In this document: in pieces, positions 28,135 to 44,899 of the stretch | How positions within the stretch are numbered: position 1 is the stretch's first letter | Layout: the number at the start of each line of letters is the position of its first letter | Assembly (NCBI GenBank): GCA_964016885.1 | Contig: OZ024742.1 | Location: forward strand, 304,606,001-304,670,000 | Direction of reading: 5' to 3' | DNA: 64,000 nucleotides | Source: Eledone cirrhosa | Taxonomy: Eukaryota | Program-made: the position numbers and the translations under genes | The notes under the pieces: model-generated | The model's database searches: none | What the model was told of the DNA's origin: nothing | Seen by the model: the letters and a program-made list of their open reading frames with translations, nothing else

Positions 28135-29739
28135 CATACATATATTTAAATATTCGGCTTAATAAGTTATATATATATATATGAATGCGCAAAAAGTAAA
28201 GATGGTCGTGGGTGTTATGATTTAGATCATAGATCTATAAACAACTGTTATTTCTGTGGTTAAACAACAATCACAGCAACAGTGTTTTCTATTCGTCTTC
28301 TCTTGTTTATATTTTTAGGGTATATCATATATTTTCATTTCGTTTCAGATTTAGCTTAATAAATATTCGACGAAATGATAATATATTTTGTTCTTATTGA
28401 TTAGTCCAAGTATATCTCTCATGTAGATATGTGTTAAAGAAACGAGCATTTCGTGACTAATCAATGTATTATTTTTCATACCTTCTACCGTTACCTTTTC
28501 CAATAATTTCGTTTTTAAGAGAGTAAAGCAAGATTTGAACAATGTTTAATAACAAGACATAGTAATCACAAAAATGGTACATAGTGACCCGGTAACTCTA
28601 GCATATGTATGAGAGAGAGATAGCGAGAGAGAGAGAGAGAGAGCGAAGTGGCTTGTATGCATATCTGAAAAGTGCAAGACAGTCCACTTGTGTATTGTGT
28701 GTAGGCATATGTAAACAGAGAGAAAAACAACGCATTCTTATACGTTCGCACATACATATAACCAAAACATCTAAATATACATACAATTACAACTTAGACT
28801 CATGTCTAAAACTGAAAAAAAAAATGTTTTGAAATTGTAAAAGTATTGATCGGACACACAAACGAAATAATCGCACACGTACACACGCACGCATCACACA
28901 ATTATTACACACATATATTCAAACACGCACACACGCACACATGTATAGAGATTCGTAGCTAGTTAGATAGTTAGCTATGCATAGTACCATCCCAAACCAG
29001 TGTTATATTGATTTTTGTTCGTCTTCAGCAGGTCTCCAACGACAGTAAACTTCCTTATACTTCTTGGCCTGTATTCTCTCTAGCCTTCTTTTTGATAAAC
29101 AAAGAATTCTTGTCTTGGACGGCTTCGATGCAGATAAACACGTTCACCTTAGACAAAAATACATGCAAACACTCACAACTATACATATACATATTCACAC
29201 TAAAATACTTACAATCACTCACAGCTGTACATGCAGATATTCATAAAACCATGTTTGCAGTCACACATACTTATGCAAAAGCTCGGTTGTATGTATATAC
29301 ACACTGAAACAGAGACACGCACAAATCTAAAATTACATTTTTATTATTTCCTTTTTTTTTTTCTTTTTACCTTTCTCCTAGTTTCACGTTGTTTTTGTTC
29401 TCTTTCCCGTTACTTTCTTGTAATTCTCTGCTTGTTTTAGTCTCATTTCTTACACCATGTCTCGCTTTCGGTTTTCCTTTCACCTCCACTGTTTTAATTT
29501 TCAGTATATATTTCTCTGTCTCTATGTTGCTTTTTTATTTCCTATTCTCATTCGTGATTAAATAAATTCTATTCAAATTCCTTAGTTATATATATAGTTA
29601 CCATATCCCATTCTATTTCCCAATTTCTTCTGATTTTTTTGCGCTCTCAATCTATCTTTTGTGAATCTTTCTTTCTATATATTCCTCTAGGTTTACCTCA
29701 AGCTTTAGTCATTACTCTCTTTCTCTCTCTCTCTGCATG

Positions 29740-29805
<66 letters not shown>

Positions 29806-29876
29806 CTGTTAGGCCGCGTGTGATTCAAGTTTTGGTCTTTTCTTCTCAGCACCTGTCTATTTTCGTGTCTTTAACC

Positions 29877-29947
<71 letters not shown>

Positions 29948-30059
29948 TATCACCTTGTCACTATTTAAGCTATCTTTACCCTCTAGATAGTCACCCACGC
30001 TTTGCCATTTATTTGTTTCATTCCTTTATTCTTCTTTAATATTTATTCATTCTGAAATA

Positions 30060-30775
30060 TCATTCATTGTCACCACTATCACAACCACCAACATCACCGT
30101 CACGAACAACTTTATCAAAACAACCATCACCATCTCGACCATCACAAAAATCCCCGTCACCAACAACATCATTACAACCACCACACACCAACTCTACCAA
30201 TATCATCACCACCAATTTCATCACTACGAACGCAACCTTCATCAGTATGACTACTACTGTCATCACAACGACAACCGCCATCATTTCCATGATAACTATT
30301 ATCATCATCATCACCAGCATCATTATCACCTTCTCAACAGCTACCATCTTCCTCTCCACCGCCATCGCCATCTTCACCATCACCATTACCATCACCATCA
30401 CCATCTCCAGCTCACTTAACACCACAACCACCACGTCCATCACCAGCACAATCACCAGCCCCACCTCAATCATCAACACGAAAATAACCATAGTCATCAT
30501 CACCACCCCAACCCCTACCCCACCACCGCCACCACCACCATCACCAGCTCCCCGTCAATCATCATCACAACAATCATAGTCATCACCGCCACCACCACCA
30601 CCACCACCGACGCTGCCACCACCATCACCACTCCCATCACTAGCTCCCCCGCAATCATCATCATGACAACAACCATAGTCATCACCACCATCACTAGCTC
30701 CCCCTCAATCATCATGACGACAACAACAATAGTCACCATCACCATCACCACCACCATCATCTTCATATCTATTAT
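30060..30775. repeat. (CAC/CAT)n low-complexity tract with a degenerate ~50-95-bp minisatellite
   Basis: atcac(c/t)agc(t)cccc..caatcatca...atagtca recurs at ~30450, 30539, 30635 and 30689. Confidence 0.8.
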
Positions 30776-33700
30776 ATTTTCATAACCACTAATGCTTTCA
30801 CCTCTTTTTTCTCTTCTCCTTTCATCTTACTATCATCCCATCTCTTTCTCTACTCACTTCCTTATTCATTTCACTTTGTGTTCCTTTTTCGTTCTCTTCC
30901 TTTCTCTTCTTCATTTCCTGCATGAAAAAATTTCATTCTGCAAGCAATGTTATTCTTCATTCAACGGACAACTTGCCTATGTACATAAATCTTTAATGAG
31001 TGTGTCGGTCTATCTAGCAAGCCCTTTTTTTCACTTCCCCTTCCTCTGTGAAATTGTTTTCTCTTTCAAGTTATCAACTACTTTTTTTTTTTTGTCTTCT
31101 CTCTTTTTATCTATCTATATATTTATTATGTGTTGATGTATTTTTCGTCTCTTTCATGTTATCATTTATTGGGAAAATATCATTTTCAATATTTTATTTT
31201 GAATAAATTTTCCATCCCTGCGGGAAGCAAGATAGTCTGAGACATACGTTACCAGTGAGACAGATTTGATACTCAGTTTTGATACTCAGTCAATTCACTT
31301 ACTGGGATATTATGCCTTTGGGATAGGGCATGCACCTTAACAATGGCATTCCATTTTTTCCTGTAAATTGTGGAATATTCAAAATTCCCCTCAAATATTT
31401 TTTTCTTCTTGAAATAAGTCATATTATTGTACATACCATGAGAGTTATAGGAATAAACCGAACGTCAAATGACATGAAATCGTGACCCGGTTTCTCTCCA
31501 ACTGTGTCTTGTATATCATAAATATTTCAACATCCCAGTTCCTCTTTCATATAAATTTCGGTGTTTGTTCAAAATTCAAAATATATCATTATTGTTTTTA
31601 CTGCTATACTTTTCTCTGAAATATTTCTTAACCTATACTTATCTATAAATTACTGTTGTTTTAGAGGCAAATTACATCAAAATATCCCCTTGGTTGGAAT
31701 GTAATCTTCATTTCATCTATTCACTGCCAGATTTCTCAATGAAATACATAGAGAATACAATGATATGCACTCTGCTGATGAAATTATCGTTGATGCAAAC
31801 TTGTGCAAGCTTTTGTCGAGTAGCTTCGAAATTATTATTTACAATATTTTAAACTATATGTATCTATTATATTAGAATTTATTTAATTGTATTTATTGCT
31901 ATTTTCGTTTAAGGAAGGGTTTGTGATTTTGCGACATGCATTATATTTTCTAGCTACAGAAATGAAATAATTTATTTTCCTTTTCAATTCAAAGAAGACT
32001 CAAATATTCGAAATGTCCTACTTTCCTTTTACCTTAAAATTTAATGAAACTAATGAAATATAATATTAGTTTATTCATATATAATTGGCCGTTGATGCGT
32101 TAGCAATGTTTCTATTTGATAGCCTAGTATACTCTAAAACAGACCTATACATATTAGCCTGTACCGCTTGTGTAAGCTAATTAAGGTGTAGATACATTGA
32201 GATGTTGTGAACAGTTTTTTTTTTACAGTAAGCCCAAACAGAGAAGTTCAACCCCACGGCGTGGCATTTTGAGCAAGTCGCATTTATCAATAGCTTCGAG
32301 CAGACCCATGCAAAATGAGTGAGACAGAGTAGAGTGAATCTGTTTTGAAACCCGTAGGATAGACTGTGCCTGTAATTCGAAGGGCAAAACTTGTTAGGTA
32401 CTATAACACTGAATTCGCATGAGAATTATGTTAAGGATACACGTAGCTATGGAATACTGATCTAGTCACATGTTAATGCCATGTCCATGTAGATCCACTG
32501 ATCGATCAAATGGAACATTTATCGAAACCGACGTAGGTTCGTCGATAACTAAGCAGGTCTTAATAGTGGTAATTGGGATTTGCGACGTTTATGTGATTCT
32601 TAAGAATTATATTATCGCCTTCCAAATGTAAAATATTGACTTACCTTAACGGGTGCTAGCTTCTTACTCGACAACTTTTATCACCTATCCAATACAACAT
32701 ATTGATTTCTATCAATGACGCAAAGCAGTGTACGCATAGGGGTGGAGATGGGGGTATATTTGATTAAATCGATATCAAAATCAAGCCTGGTAATTATTTC
32801 CTTGATTCCAATGTGACAAAAAACAAAGTTAACCCCCCAGCTGAATTTGAAATCAAGACACAATGGAACCAGCTAAATGCCACAAACAATTAAGTCGAGA
32901 GCTTCTGTCACTAAAATGCCTTCAACCAACATATACTTACACACACACACACAATAAACACACACACACACACACCACACACACACACACAAACACACAC
33001 GCACGCACACACTCTATAATACGCATATTTATGTATATATCTATATATAGACATGTGTGTGAGTGTGTGTGTGTGTTTGTGTGAGGAGAGGTAGAGGCAG
33101 AACGAGTTTTCAGAGACAGTTCATTTATATTTTTACAAATGAGAGAGATGGAGAGAAAAGAAGCAATAAACAACACATTTTATTTATTCTTTATTTATTT
33201 ATCATGTCCAATTTTGGAAAATAGAGCGAAAACGTCATTAATAAATAAATATCATTTGAAGTTAGTAAAAAAAGTCCCACCTCCCTTCCCAGACTCAAGT
33301 TTTCTTCGTTCTCTTTTCATTTTGTTTTTGTTTTTTACAAAAACGATGTTATACAGTACGTGTCATCAATAATTCTAGAAGGAAGCGTGTGAATTGTTGC
33401 TGTCTGCTAATTTAAGGAACGTTGACAAATGGATGTTTTCTTAGTGGCTAATTCTAGTTTCTATATGTATCCTTACTTCTTTTGACTCTGTTGATTTTTG
33501 TATTTAAATGTTAGCTCTTACCAATTTACTGTCTATCTTAGAAAACTGTGTTATTATACATTTGTAACTTAAAACATGTCTCTCTCACACTTTTTCTACA
33601 CTCTTCCCCCTCATTCTGTCTCCCTGCCTATTCATCTCTCACTCCCCTCCATTCATCTCTCCATTCCTCTAATGGGTTACTGGCATACAGGCCCACTAAA

Positions 33701-34924
33701 CCCGTTTGCAGATTTTCTTGTTTGACGATTGCTGCATAAGGGTTTTTTAATCTTCTCACCCGCTATAACATTAGTTCGTCCAAGTTATCACACTATAGAG
33801 TGACCACGTATGCAGGTCCTTTGTATGATGGGAAAACGGAAGAATTAGAACCTCAAAAGAAGAAAATATATTTCCTTAAATCTGGTACTATCCGTTGGTA
33901 ATTAGAGAAACGACAACGTAATTTTATAGGTCAAATTTAGTGACAAGATTCTCAGCTTCATAATGCTTGTAATAGCTATAAGAGGCTGCTTCTATTTCGA
34001 ACAAATTCCTGAATATTACTTAGAAAGTTATATTTTCCTTCGAATATGATCAATGTGTTCTCCGAAAATTTGTTCGCTGGTATTGCTAGTATGAGATATC
34101 AAAGAGCTAATAATATTAGCATCTGCCTCGTAACACTCGCATTTTGGAAAAATATAGGAATTGGCGTTTTTGGCAATTTTTCATGAGATTTATTGGGAAA
34201 GTATCTTAGCCTATCTCCGAATTCACTCTTAGTCTTTCGATGACAGACTTTCTTTTCCTTATATTGATATAACTTTTATTAGTAATAGCTTTAGTTAAAG
34301 CTTCAGTATTGAATATATCATGGGATTTTGCTATAGGGTGTATACAGGTAGGAAAACGCATTTGCTGCTAAATTGTCTATTCCTTAAATTTATTTTAGTG
34401 ATCACACCTTTTGATAAGAACATCATATTTCTTTTTTAATTCTAAGAGTGATGTTTGATGCTCTGTTTGATGCTTTCTCTGCCGACGGTCTTTCTATTTA
34501 ATCAATGTAAGACTATTATTCTTTAATTCCTGATATGCTTTATTTTTCTAGAGATATTTAAATGAACTTTGGGCTTCCTCACATTTTGTTCACAATCATA
34601 ATTTACCAAGGATTCAAATTTACGTTTCATTCATCTGCGATCTATAAAATACACACCAGTGATGTTTTGAGCTAGATAAATGATTCCGTATGCCATATCA
34701 TTAATTAAATGGGGATGGAGGAATAGGAAAACACTGGATTGGATGAGTAGAAATATGTAGATACGCCCAACAGCGTTCGGTGTTCAAATGTCATTTAGTA
34801 TACTGCCTTGTTAGAGAGATGTGAAGATCTATCCTTCTTCCTTAACATGTTAACATTAATACCGACTGGAGATATGAAGTGTAAATACGTAAATTGTATT
34901 ACATCAACGAACGATTAGGTAATT

Positions 34925-35044
34925 ATAATTGTTTCTACTTTTGGCACAAGGCCAGCAATTACCCAGTGCATTACTGGTACTTTATTTTATCGACCCCGTA
35001 AGGATGAAAGGCAAAGTTAACCTTAAAGGGATTTGAACTCAGAT
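34925..35044 (-). mobile_element. 5'-truncated SINE (short variant)
   Basis: Core motif present; ends gatttgaactcagat as at 12020. Confidence 0.85.
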
Positions 35045-35158
35045 CATTGCAGTTCTATTGGTATCATTTTATGCAAATACATTTTGATTTATACTAGTTA
35101 AGTAAATAAATATTCATTAATAATTTACTAATCTCAACAGAAATGAAGCATGTCTTAC

Positions 35159-35450
35159 ACAATGATCGAGTCCTTCAAACTCGGAAAACATAAGAGCAGA
35201 CGTCATAGAGAACATTAGAACTTGCTATCAGTCAAATTCGTATTCAATTTTCTGGAATTGAAACACATTTTTAAGGCCCCGATTTTATAACAGATTGTCG
35301 TTGCTTTGATTAATAAAATATGGCTATTGTAACGTTTCATCGGTATATTTGTTGTTCTGGATTATTTTTAGTTCAACGTCAACAATGGCCAAGCAAACCT
35401 ATTCAGCAAATGCGTTCTAATTATAACTTAACAGTATCAAGAAATATACT
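35159..35450 (-). pseudogene. Exon remnant, putative VLIG GTPase-domain region
   Basis: HLLNRFAWPLLTL...Q*PYFINQSNDN resembles ILQIVVHAFLRMK...PxCxFVHQNV; donor tgt|gtaaga. Confidence 0.3.
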
Positions 35451-36351
35451 TATCATTCTAGTGTTTAAAAGACACCATAAAGTTGTTAGAGATATGTAAA
35501 TGCTATTTTCTATCAAGGTCTGCTACTGCATAGAAGGCTCAGCCCTGTAAAACGTATGGCTTTTAGCCACTCGCAATTTTAGAGAGAAAAGGCTTAGCCA
35601 AGGTGTTAGGGTGTTTAACTCACGATCATAAAAGACATTTTATTTCATGATATTTAGGTCTACTCAGCTAGAAATATTGAGTTGCTCCTCTAATTTTAAA
35701 GGTCAATCTTGTCACACGGTAAATCACACGCTGAATCACCCTTCGAACTAAATTAAGGCTACATATATGTCTCCAGAATACTATGTCGCTTACAGATTAA
35801 TTTGTGAAGCTGCCTGTTCCGCTGGTCGAAAAGGTGGAACACTCATCGTCGATTCCGACGGAGGTTCATCATATCAACATTTATGGATCTCTGTGTCGAA
35901 GAGCAAACACTTCATTTGTTTGTTTGTTTAATGTTGTTTATTATTTAATCGGATCTTGGGATGCTCTCTGTCTGATTGCTAATATTAATACTTTTGTTTA
36001 GTCACATATATTTTTTCTTTTCTTTCAGTTTTCTCATCATTCTCTTCTCTATCCCTACTTTACCCTACCATTATTTCTTTCTCGCTTTTCTCTATTCCTC
36101 TACATCACGTTCTCTCACTCATCCTCTCATTTTTCAATTTTCGATCAAATTTCTCTCAATATGCCGGCTGTATTTTGTTTTTCTTAATTTCTCAATGTCT
36201 TATATTATTCTTGTCAACTCTATTGAAGTTAAGTGTATAAATAATACGTTTTTATTTTTGTATCTGAAACGCAATAGTTCAACATACTTCGAAAGTATGA
36301 ATGTATACATGCAAATAAAACAGGCTCAATAATAAAAATGTACATTCGTAT

Positions 36352-36429
<78 letters not shown>

Positions 36430-36732
36430 GTTATGTATATATATATATATGTACTGTGTGTGTGTATATGTGTGTACAATAAAGTGGGAAGTGCTTTTAC
36501 TCCAGAAGATATGTGTGGGCATGTAAACGTGTGCAAGGATTATAACTGTCATGTCCATATGTGTGTACAGATTATGTTTGACAACGAGCAATCAATTCTT
36601 TACATTTTTGACTATTGATTGGAAAATCAAACGCTGACTGGTGGCTTCATATCTCCAATGTTGACAATAAAACAATAATATATATGTATCTATGAATGTA
36701 TGTATGTCTATAACTATATATATGTATATACA

Positions 36733-36780
<48 letters not shown>

Positions 36781-36822
36781 GTATGGATATATTTGTATGT
36801 ATGTAATATATATATGCATTTT

Positions 36823-36853
<31 letters not shown>

Positions 36854-36971
36854 ATATACATATATATATGTAAATGTATATATACACATATATAAATGCA
36901 TATATATATTACATACATATAGATATATATACATATATATAGATGGATATATATATACATATATATAATAT

Positions 36972-37031
<60 letters not shown>

Positions 37032-37070
37032 CTGTGTGTGTGTATGTATGTATATATATATACAAATATT

Positions 37071-37101
<31 letters not shown>

Positions 37102-37114
37102 AAATATATACATA

Positions 37115-37153
<39 letters not shown>

Positions 37154-37227
37154 GTATATATATATAAATGTATATATATATATACAAATATTTATGCGTG
37201 TATATGTATATATATATATATATATAT

Positions 37228-37390
37228 AATTATGTAATAAACATCACAAAACAATTATCCCATTCACGAAAGGTTTCGCGAATCGCATATCATTCTGACG
37301 AGAAATTTCAGACGTCTGTGTTGAGCTGGTCTGTCTCCGTGAAACCTTTGGTAAATGGAACAATTGTCTTTTGTTGTTTATTACATAGTT
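37228..37390 (+). mobile_element. Fold-back HHR cassette next to (TA)n
   Basis: 37228-37281 is inverted to 37337-37390; contains the HHR at 37291-37357. Confidence 0.6.
37291..37357 (+). ncRNA. Type I hammerhead motif with canonical core
   Basis: catt-CTGACGA-(cagac/gtctg stem with imperfect base)-GAAA-cc ttt gg-TA-aatg; GUA site. Confidence 0.6.
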
Positions 37391-37427
37391 GGATAGCCCT
37401 GTAGTATAAATAGAATACATGCTTTCA

Positions 37428-37634
<207 letters not shown>

Positions 37635-37711
37635 GCAAAAGTTTAATTTAGATTGTTGGGATCCAACAAGCAAATATTATTATAACTGATATAAAGCATT
37701 CGATTCATTTT

Positions 37712-37799
37712 ATTTTTTATTAGATTTGTTTTTATTCTGATAGCTTCTCATAATTTTTATTAGATTTATTTTTTTATTCTGATAGCTTCTCATAATTTT
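37712..37799. repeat. Tandem duplication of ~45 bp
   Basis: tttttattagattt..ttttattctgatagcttctcataatttt occurs twice. Confidence 0.8.
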
Positions 37800-38996
37800 C
37801 AAAAGTTTGTCCTCTCAATGTCTTGATAAAAATATACGTAAGATAAATTTCTATGCTAAATATATTAAACATATTATTTTAACTTGAAATATTCTATAGT
37901 ATTTTGGGATATTTTAGTATTTTGATGTTTGTAGAATTCGTTTGCCTTTTAAGTTATATTGATATAATTATAATCCTTTTGTATTTTATATACTCAATTG
38001 TACTATGTTATATGTTGATGTATACTTATGTTTATGTACGGCTTATGTATCTATATGTGTGGGTTGACATACATATACATGTTATAGGTTTTTTGTGATT
38101 ATATGTCTGTCTGTATATATGCATGAGTGACGCGTGTATACCAATTGAAGATGCACACACATATCTATTCATGTATAGCTAAGAATTATGGGTGTGAATA
38201 TATATGCTTACACATGCAGTTTTTGATTGCAGATATACATAACTTAACAGCCATAAATGCAGAAAAGTTAATCCTATATATTTGTAGATATATACTAAAA
38301 ATGTTTAATTAATAACACAAGGAGTGTATAGCAATAAATAAAAAATCACTTATGCTTTGTATGTATACATTGTGTGCGGGAGTAGATATAATGTGTATCT
38401 CTGAGTGAGTGAGTATATATATATATATATATTTATGTACCTTTGTCTATGTATATGTGATATACGATAGATAATTTATTTAGCAATATATTTATTTTGT
38501 AGTGTTTAAATTCCAATTTTTAATATATTGATCTCAATGTTTAAACTAAATATATAATCATAATTAAACAATGTGTAATTTCTCATATTATATATCTATA
38601 TTCCATTCACGAATATTAATATTTCTAATTTTATTTATTCATTTCATCTCAATTGTTAACTCAACTTAATATGACATAACATAAGGTTTTCGTTCTCTCC
38701 CCCCTCTTTCTATCTATGCATATCTCTCTCTTGAGCTCTTTCTCTGTCTGATGTTTTGATATCTCCCCGTTATTTTTCCTCTGTTCTCTTTTCTTTTTGC
38801 TTTCTTCTTTTTCTTTATCTATCTTTCCCTTTCATTTCTCCACGTTTCTCTCTCTCTCTCTCCATCTTTTTACTTACTCTTAACACTATGACTTACTCAA
38901 GTAAACAAACCACTATCCGGATGGCCTCCAAAAACAACGGTCACCTTTTTGAAAGGGTATGTCAATTATCTATTTGTAAAACTGTTATATATTGTA

Positions 38997-39258
38997 TTTT
39001 GTCTGATGAAGGCATACCATGATTTAACTTGGTATCCTTGAAATATATATAATTGTTTCTACTTTAGGCACAAGGCCAGCAATTACCCAGTACATTACTG
39101 GTACTTTATTTTATCGACCCCGTAAGGATGAAAGGCAAAGTTAACCTCGGCAGGATTTGAACTCAGAATGTAAAGGGACGTAACTATGCTAAAAAGCATG
39201 GCGTCCAACCCTCTACCGGTACTGCCAATTCACCGCCCTTGAAATATATATAATGAAA
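38997..39258 (+). ncRNA. Type I hammerhead ribozyme interrupted by a SINE
   Basis: With the SINE removed: ttttgt-CTGATGA-aggcatacca..tggtatcctt-GAAA-tatata-TA-atgaaa. Confidence 0.7.
39054..39236 (-). mobile_element. Full-length tRNA-derived SINE with 18-bp TSD
   Basis: TSD ccttgaaatatatataat at 39036-39053 and 39237-39254; A/B-box-like motifs TGGCAGTACCGG and GAGTTCAAATCC on the minus strand. Confidence 0.92.
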
Positions 39259-39297
39259 TAAATATGGTTTTATAAATATAGTTTCCATTTATTAATA

Positions 39298-41712
<2,415 letters not shown>

Positions 41713-41716
41713 CTAT

Positions 41717-41968
41717 ATATATGTGTTTGTGTCTATATTGTATCTGTATTATTTTTGACCGTCGGTCAGTCAATGGCAACATTGAGGACCGAGTAAGTTA
41801 GATTACCCATATAAAAGACAGCGAGAAGCGAAAACCAACCAAACAGTGAGTGTGTTCTGTTATTAATTCTGGCAATATTACACAAATATGACCCTCCCCA
41901 AGTATAACAATATTTGTTTCGACACACGATTTCATATAAAAAACCTCGCAAAACTAATTCATCGCCGC
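41717..41968 (+). repeat. Dispersed repeat family D (longest copy)
   Basis: Shared with 24503-24695 and 51573-51761; ends catcgccgc(TA)n. Confidence 0.8.
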
Positions 41969-41990
41969 TATATATATATATATATATATA

Positions 41991-43410
41991 TAGAAAAGAT
42001 GAATATAAAATGAAAGTGCTTTTTTAAAAAAAAAAAGGAAATTATTAGGTATTGACATATGTTCCTGTAACAGACGGAATACCTATGTATCGCTGCTTGC
42101 GTAATCATACAATGTTAGCAAGTATTCGATAGCAAATGTATAATCAGTTGTCACTTCTCAGAGATTTTGGATAAATTGGAAAATATCAGAAAAATTGAAG
42201 TATTTATATTAGTTGTAATAGAGGAAGAAGAGAGGGGATAGTATATGACAGATGGTAATTCAATTTACTGCTAAACAAGTATATAAAGGGTTTCTAATGT
42301 ACTATCGAATCGGATAGACAGAAGTGGTACTATGTGGGGTCTACAGCCACCTCCTTCAAATCACGCCTTTATAGACATCGTTACTCGATAAAACATGAAA
42401 ACCAACGTTATGTAACAACACTCGCAGACAAGGCTTGGCAGCTGCGTGAAAATAACCAACAATTTAACCTAAAATGGGATATAATAGCAGATGCCCCTCC
42501 ATATCCCACGGACAGGAATTTTGTAAATTATGTAATATGGAATTATTTTGTATTATGAAATCCAAAAACATTTTATTAAATAACAGAATAGAGCGATCGT
42601 TTATACTGTAACCATCGCTTAAAATCTACATGTTCATATTACAAATACTACCAGGATTGAACGCCTGTCTCCATCTCCGTTTGATTGTCAAAATACATAT
42701 GAACATTCTCTATTAGTCTTAATTCTATCAACTCTTCTATTATTTACCATTTAATATAAACTGCTATAGATAAAATGAGATTTCTTAATTCAATTCCCTA
42801 ATGCATATACCAGCTGGCTACTAGCATTGATGTTATCGAAATTGATGTAGTCGAAATCTCCCCCTTCCTTAATTGACACTTTATAATTAATACTACTACA
42901 CAAAATGACCAGCCCTGTCCATTGTTCAATTGGTCAAGTATAGATTAAAATAGGCACTCCCAAAAATTCTTATTTAGATAAAATAAACCATTTACTCATT
43001 GTATTCTCATTAGAAACCCTTTATATACTTGTTTAGCAGTAAATTGAATTACCATCTGTCATATACTATCCCCTCTCTTCTTCCTCTATTACAACTAATA
43101 TAAATACTTCAATTTTTCTGATTTTTTCCAATTTATCCAAAATCTCTGAAGAAGTGACAACTGATTATACATTTGCTATCGAATACTTGCTAACATTATA
43201 TGATTACGCAAGCAGCGATACATAGGTATTCCGTCTGTTACAGAAACATATGTCAATACCTAATAAATTCCTTTTTTTTTTAAAAAAAGCACTTTCATTT
43301 TATATTCATCTTTTCTACATTTTCTCCGGAATATAATTTATACTCGTTGAGCAAACCTACACGTACGCTGTTCATCTCTAACGTAACGATATATTATCAC
43401 TACATTATTG
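41991..43410 (+). mobile_element. Truncated PLE (GIY-YIG C-terminal fragment plus 3' UTR) with ~309-bp inverted 5' arm
   Basis: WYYVGSTATSFKSRLYRH..TTLADKAWQLRE..LKWDII, then CKLCNMEL..LLNNR after a frameshift; 41991-42299 is the reverse complement of 43008-43317. Confidence 0.85.
43146..43254 (+). ncRNA. HHR-like motif with long stem II; stem I not evident
   Basis: CTGAAGA-a-gtgaca...tgttac-a-GAAA-catatg-TC. Confidence 0.45.
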
Positions 43411-43854
43411 ATAACCTGAAATTTTATATACACAGACATACATATATACATATATATACGTACACACACGCACACACACATGTATATGAAAACATATACA
43501 CACACACATATAAACACATATACAATATTACATACACACTCGTACATTTACGTCAATATAGTTCAGTAGCTGATTAAGCAGGCAAGAAAGAAAAATATAA
43601 AAAATAAATAAATAAATAAATAAATAAATAAAAACAAATGTACGTTTGCACGCGCATGCGACGTAGTTATAAACACAGTGGTGGTCAAAAAACAAGAAAA
43701 TGAAAAATTAAACAAATTAAAACAATTGTATATATATACGCACACACACATACACACACATATAGTTAGGTTCACGCAAACACATGCATATAAGAATAAA
43801 TATACACTCACAATTACATACATATGCACATATATATATATATACATACCTATT

Positions 43855-43941
<87 letters not shown>

Positions 43942-44026
43942 TACAATTGATATTAAATACATGGAAACTATATTTATAAAACCATATTTATTCTATTATA
44001 TATATTTCAATATATTGAATACTTAC

Positions 44027-44095
44027 TCCAGCCATCTTTCGAGTGCTTTGAATCAGTTGTAAACATCTATATTTGTTGGATTTCCAACAAATTAA
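44027..44095 (-). pseudogene. Exon remnant, possible decayed P-loop
   Basis: gtt gga aa- tcc...atg ttt aca act gat resembles GKSTLLNxMF only if frameshifts are allowed; donor gga|gtaagt. Confidence 0.25.
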
Positions 44096-44286
44096 ATATC
44101 TCTTAAATATCTCTTATACATATATATAATATATTTCTGTTTCTTGTAAACAGATTTTCGTTTCATCCCGGCATCACTAGCTTGGGTCCACGTGTGTTTT
44201 GTTATTTTAATTCAACGCGCTGTTCACATGCCTGCTTTTAAATTGCCCTCTGGCATCTCAGCAGTGTAATTTTGTTAACGTAGTGA

Positions 44287-44352
44287 GCACTACTGATGAA
44301 CGACCCCGAACTGAAAAGTTTCGTGAAATAGTCTTTTTAGACTATATAGTGC
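44287..44352 (+). ncRNA. Intact canonical type I hammerhead ribozyme
   Basis: gcacta-CTGATGA-acga..tcgt-GAAA-tagtct tttt agacta-TA-tagtgc; 6-bp stem I, 4-bp stem II, 6-bp stem III, AUA cleavage after 44346. Confidence 0.9.
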
Positions 44353-44854
44353 ACTTGCAGATTTCCCCAAATTGACGGTTAAGATTTTATTTTGAGTTAA
44401 GATTGTATTGGTTTTTCCCCCAACTTACACAAAGTATGAGTATAACATTTTCTTCTTGACTTGTTTTGAATTAAGATTGAATTATTTATCCCATATCTTA
44501 CGTTAAAATGTTCATCTTGATGTAATAGTCATTTATATGTCTGAATTATTGTCGGCTTTTTGCTTTTTGCTTTCTCTATTTTCATATATATATATATATA
44601 CACGTACAAGGACATATTTATACAAACATACGCACACATATACATACATACCTATACACATGCACATATATATATATATATCTATATACACTTATAAGAA
44701 TTTTTTTTTCTATAAAAGATACTACATTGGTTCCACACATGATCCAGACATTTATTTAAACATCCAAGATTTCGGAATGGTTAAGTTGGTCTCGAATGCT
44801 TTCATTTTGTTAGAAGAAATCCCCTGTCTTTTCTTTCTCTCTCTCTCTCTCTCG

Positions 44855-44898
<44 letters not shown>

Positions 44899-44899
<1 letters not shown>

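Noticed and set aside
28351-28542. Coding-like 63-aa minus-strand ORF (similar patches at ~9.0-9.5, 10.4-10.7, 22.1-22.3 and 31.4-31.8 kb)
   Set aside because: They may be further exons of the putative pseudogene, but no motif was recognised.
30060-30766. Mucin-like Thr/Pro-rich ORFs
   Set aside because: Trinucleotide low-complexity DNA open on both strands; no splice or domain evidence.
33720-34860. Possible decayed LINE on the minus strand
   Set aside because: Only isolated weak motifs such as NYQRI; not enough to assign.
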